A DNA stretch of 64,000 nucleotides, taken from assembly GCA_040766725.1 (NCBI GenBank), contig JAXGPZ010000001.1:2414328-2478327 (forward strand), in the 5' to 3' direction. Shown piece by piece: positions 63,014 through 64,000 of the stretch (within the stretch, counting starts at the first letter, position 1; the number at the start of each line of letters is the position of its first letter). Position numbers and translations under genes: made by a program. This DNA comes from Anaerolineae bacterium. GTDB lineage: Bacteria > Chloroflexota > Anaerolineae > UBA1429. The notes beneath the pieces are model-generated. The model ran no database searches. It worked only from the letters and a program-made list of their open reading frames with translations, and was not told where the DNA came from.

Positions 63014-64000
63014 CTAAGGCCGCCAGATGGTGGCAGCGATGTAGCGCTCACCGTCGGCCCGGTCGTCATAGTAGTAGGCCGTCACCAAGGCGCCATCCGG
63101 CCGCTCGAGCGCCCTGGGATAGCCGATATCGTGGTTACCGCCGTCATCTCGCAGAACGATGGGCTCGCCCCACGTGCGGCCGAGGTCATCGCTGCACACA
63201 GCACGCATGCCAAACGGGGGTCTGCGTAGGCCGTAGGTGATGACCAGGCGCCCGCTCTGCATCAGGGTGAGCGTAGGTGGGTTGCCGCCGAGCCCGGTCT
63301 CAGCCACAGGCACGCCTAGGTGTTGCCAGGTCTGCCCTTCGTCGTTTGAGGCATAGAGATCGATGCTGTGACGAGAGACCTGTCGATCCGGGTTGCCATC
63401 ACGGCTGCGGAGTGCAACCAGAATGCGTCCATCAGCGAGCCGCACCGACGCTGGCATGATGGTCCAGCCTGCAGGCTCGGGCCCAATCCACGAGACGAAC
63501 TCGAACGTTCGCCCGCGATCGTCGGTGCGGGCGCAGAAGGCGTGGCCCTCCTCCCCATCCTGCTTGGCCGCCGTCATAAAGAACAACTGGCCTTGATCGC
63601 TCGGGAGATAGTCTGTGCGGGCGGCCACGCCCGGCAGCCCCAGCGTGGGGAACAGATACGGCCCTGACCAGACGCTACCGCGATCATAGCTATAGTAAAG
63701 ACAGGAGTAACCACCTGCCCTCAGGCCGTGGTGACTGAGTTTGAGGGCAAAGTCGGGATGCGCGAAATCGAGAGGCTCGGGCAAATTGGTTGCATGCACG
63801 TCGGTAGATCCAGCCGGTGGCTCCACAAACCCCGGGCCCTCTAGGTGCCAGGTCTCGCCCCCATCCAGGCTGCGAGCCTGGGCCCAGATGGACGGGCGCG
63901 CCCTATCGATCGCATGAAAGCCGCCCGCGAGGTCCATGTAGCCCTGACGGAAACCAACCAGCAGTTCGTTGCCCCAGGCCCACATGCCCCCATTGGCGGG
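63014..64000 (-). CDS. BNR/Asp-box exo-alpha-sialidase-like protein (C-terminal ~325 aa; the N-terminus lies beyond the window end)
   Basis: Five Asp-boxes (SLDGGETW, SYDRGSVW, TDDRGRTF, SNDEGQTW, SDDLGRTW) form a six-bladed propeller pattern. The ORF stays open to position 64000. Confidence 0.65.
   Translation of the reverse strand, partial: PANGGMWAWGNELLVGFRQGYMDLAGGFHAIDRARPSIWAQARSLDGGETWHLEGPGFVEPPAGSTDVHATNLPEPLDFAHPDFALKLSHHGLRAGGYSCLYYSYDRGSVWSGPYLFPTLGLPGVAARTDYLPSDQGQLFFMTAAKQDGEEGHAFCARTDDRGRTFEFVSWIGPEPAGWTIMPASVRLADGRILVALRSRDGNPDRQVSRHSIDLYASNDEGQTWQHLGVPVAETGLGGNPPTLTLMQSGRLVITYGLRRPPFGMRAVCSDDLGRTWGEPIVLRDDGGNHDIGYPRALERPDGALVTAYYYDDRADGERYIAATIWRP

Noticed and set aside
1-64000. 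CRISPR arrays, tRNA, rRNA, tmRNA, RNase P or SRP RNA
   Set aside because: No direct-repeat/spacer periodicity was seen. No GTTCRANNC T-loop with a matching acceptor stem, no rRNA-like conserved blocks and no tmRNA/RNase P signature sequences were spotted by eye. This cannot substitute for tRNAscan or Infernal.

Overview
This is a high-GC (~68%) bacterial chromosome segment that looks Chloroflexi-like. The evidence is canonical TTGACA-N16/17-TANAAT promoters, VVEKVV/PT-rich lipoprotein linkers and AGGAG-type RBSs. Roughly 58 protein-coding genes can be supported. They include the 5' end of a V/A-type ATPase operon with G/H-like, C and I subunits. There is an SDR plus Gfo/Idh/MocA oxidoreductase group, one copy of which carries an in-frame TAG. 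A secreted Q/E-repeat protein is followed by an ECF sigma / anti-sigma pair. An Opp/Dpp-type ABC importer (family-5 SBP) is present. A PadR-DUF318(ArsP-like)-thioredoxin_3 cassette appears to have replaced the middle of an amidase gene. A glucuronoxylan-type sugar locus carries a sugar ABC transporter, a CE15-like tandem esterase, a CE7-like esterase, two GH4 genes, a ROK regulator and a NagB-family gene. A MacAB/DevCA-type exporter, a tungsten-type aldehyde:ferredoxin oxidoreductase and a DUF4389 protein follow. A LexA-box-controlled imuA-imuB-orf84-dnaE2 mutasome cassette is present, and an EVE-like/HNH nuclease lies divergent from it. A second sugar ABC operon ends in a UroD/MtaA-family methyltransferase plus a B12-binding corrinoid protein. 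A convergent sensor kinase / atypical HTH-pseudoHATPase-REC pair comes next. A lower-GC ~4.3 kb island holds a decayed IS481-family element and IS3/IS21 fragments. The window ends with an IclR / DapA-family lyase / two BNR (Asp-box) sialidase-like genes. No rRNA, tRNA or CRISPR was found. The most interesting candidates are (i) the corrinoid methyltransferase pair embedded in a sugar ABC operon, which may be cobalamin-dependent demethylation of methylated sugars; (ii) the translationally coupled 84-aa ORF between imuB and dnaE2; and (iii) the amidase gene disrupted by the PadR/ArsP-like cassette. All coordinates come from the ORF track plus manual start-codon and RBS inspection. Homology calls are from motif recognition only, since no searches could be run.
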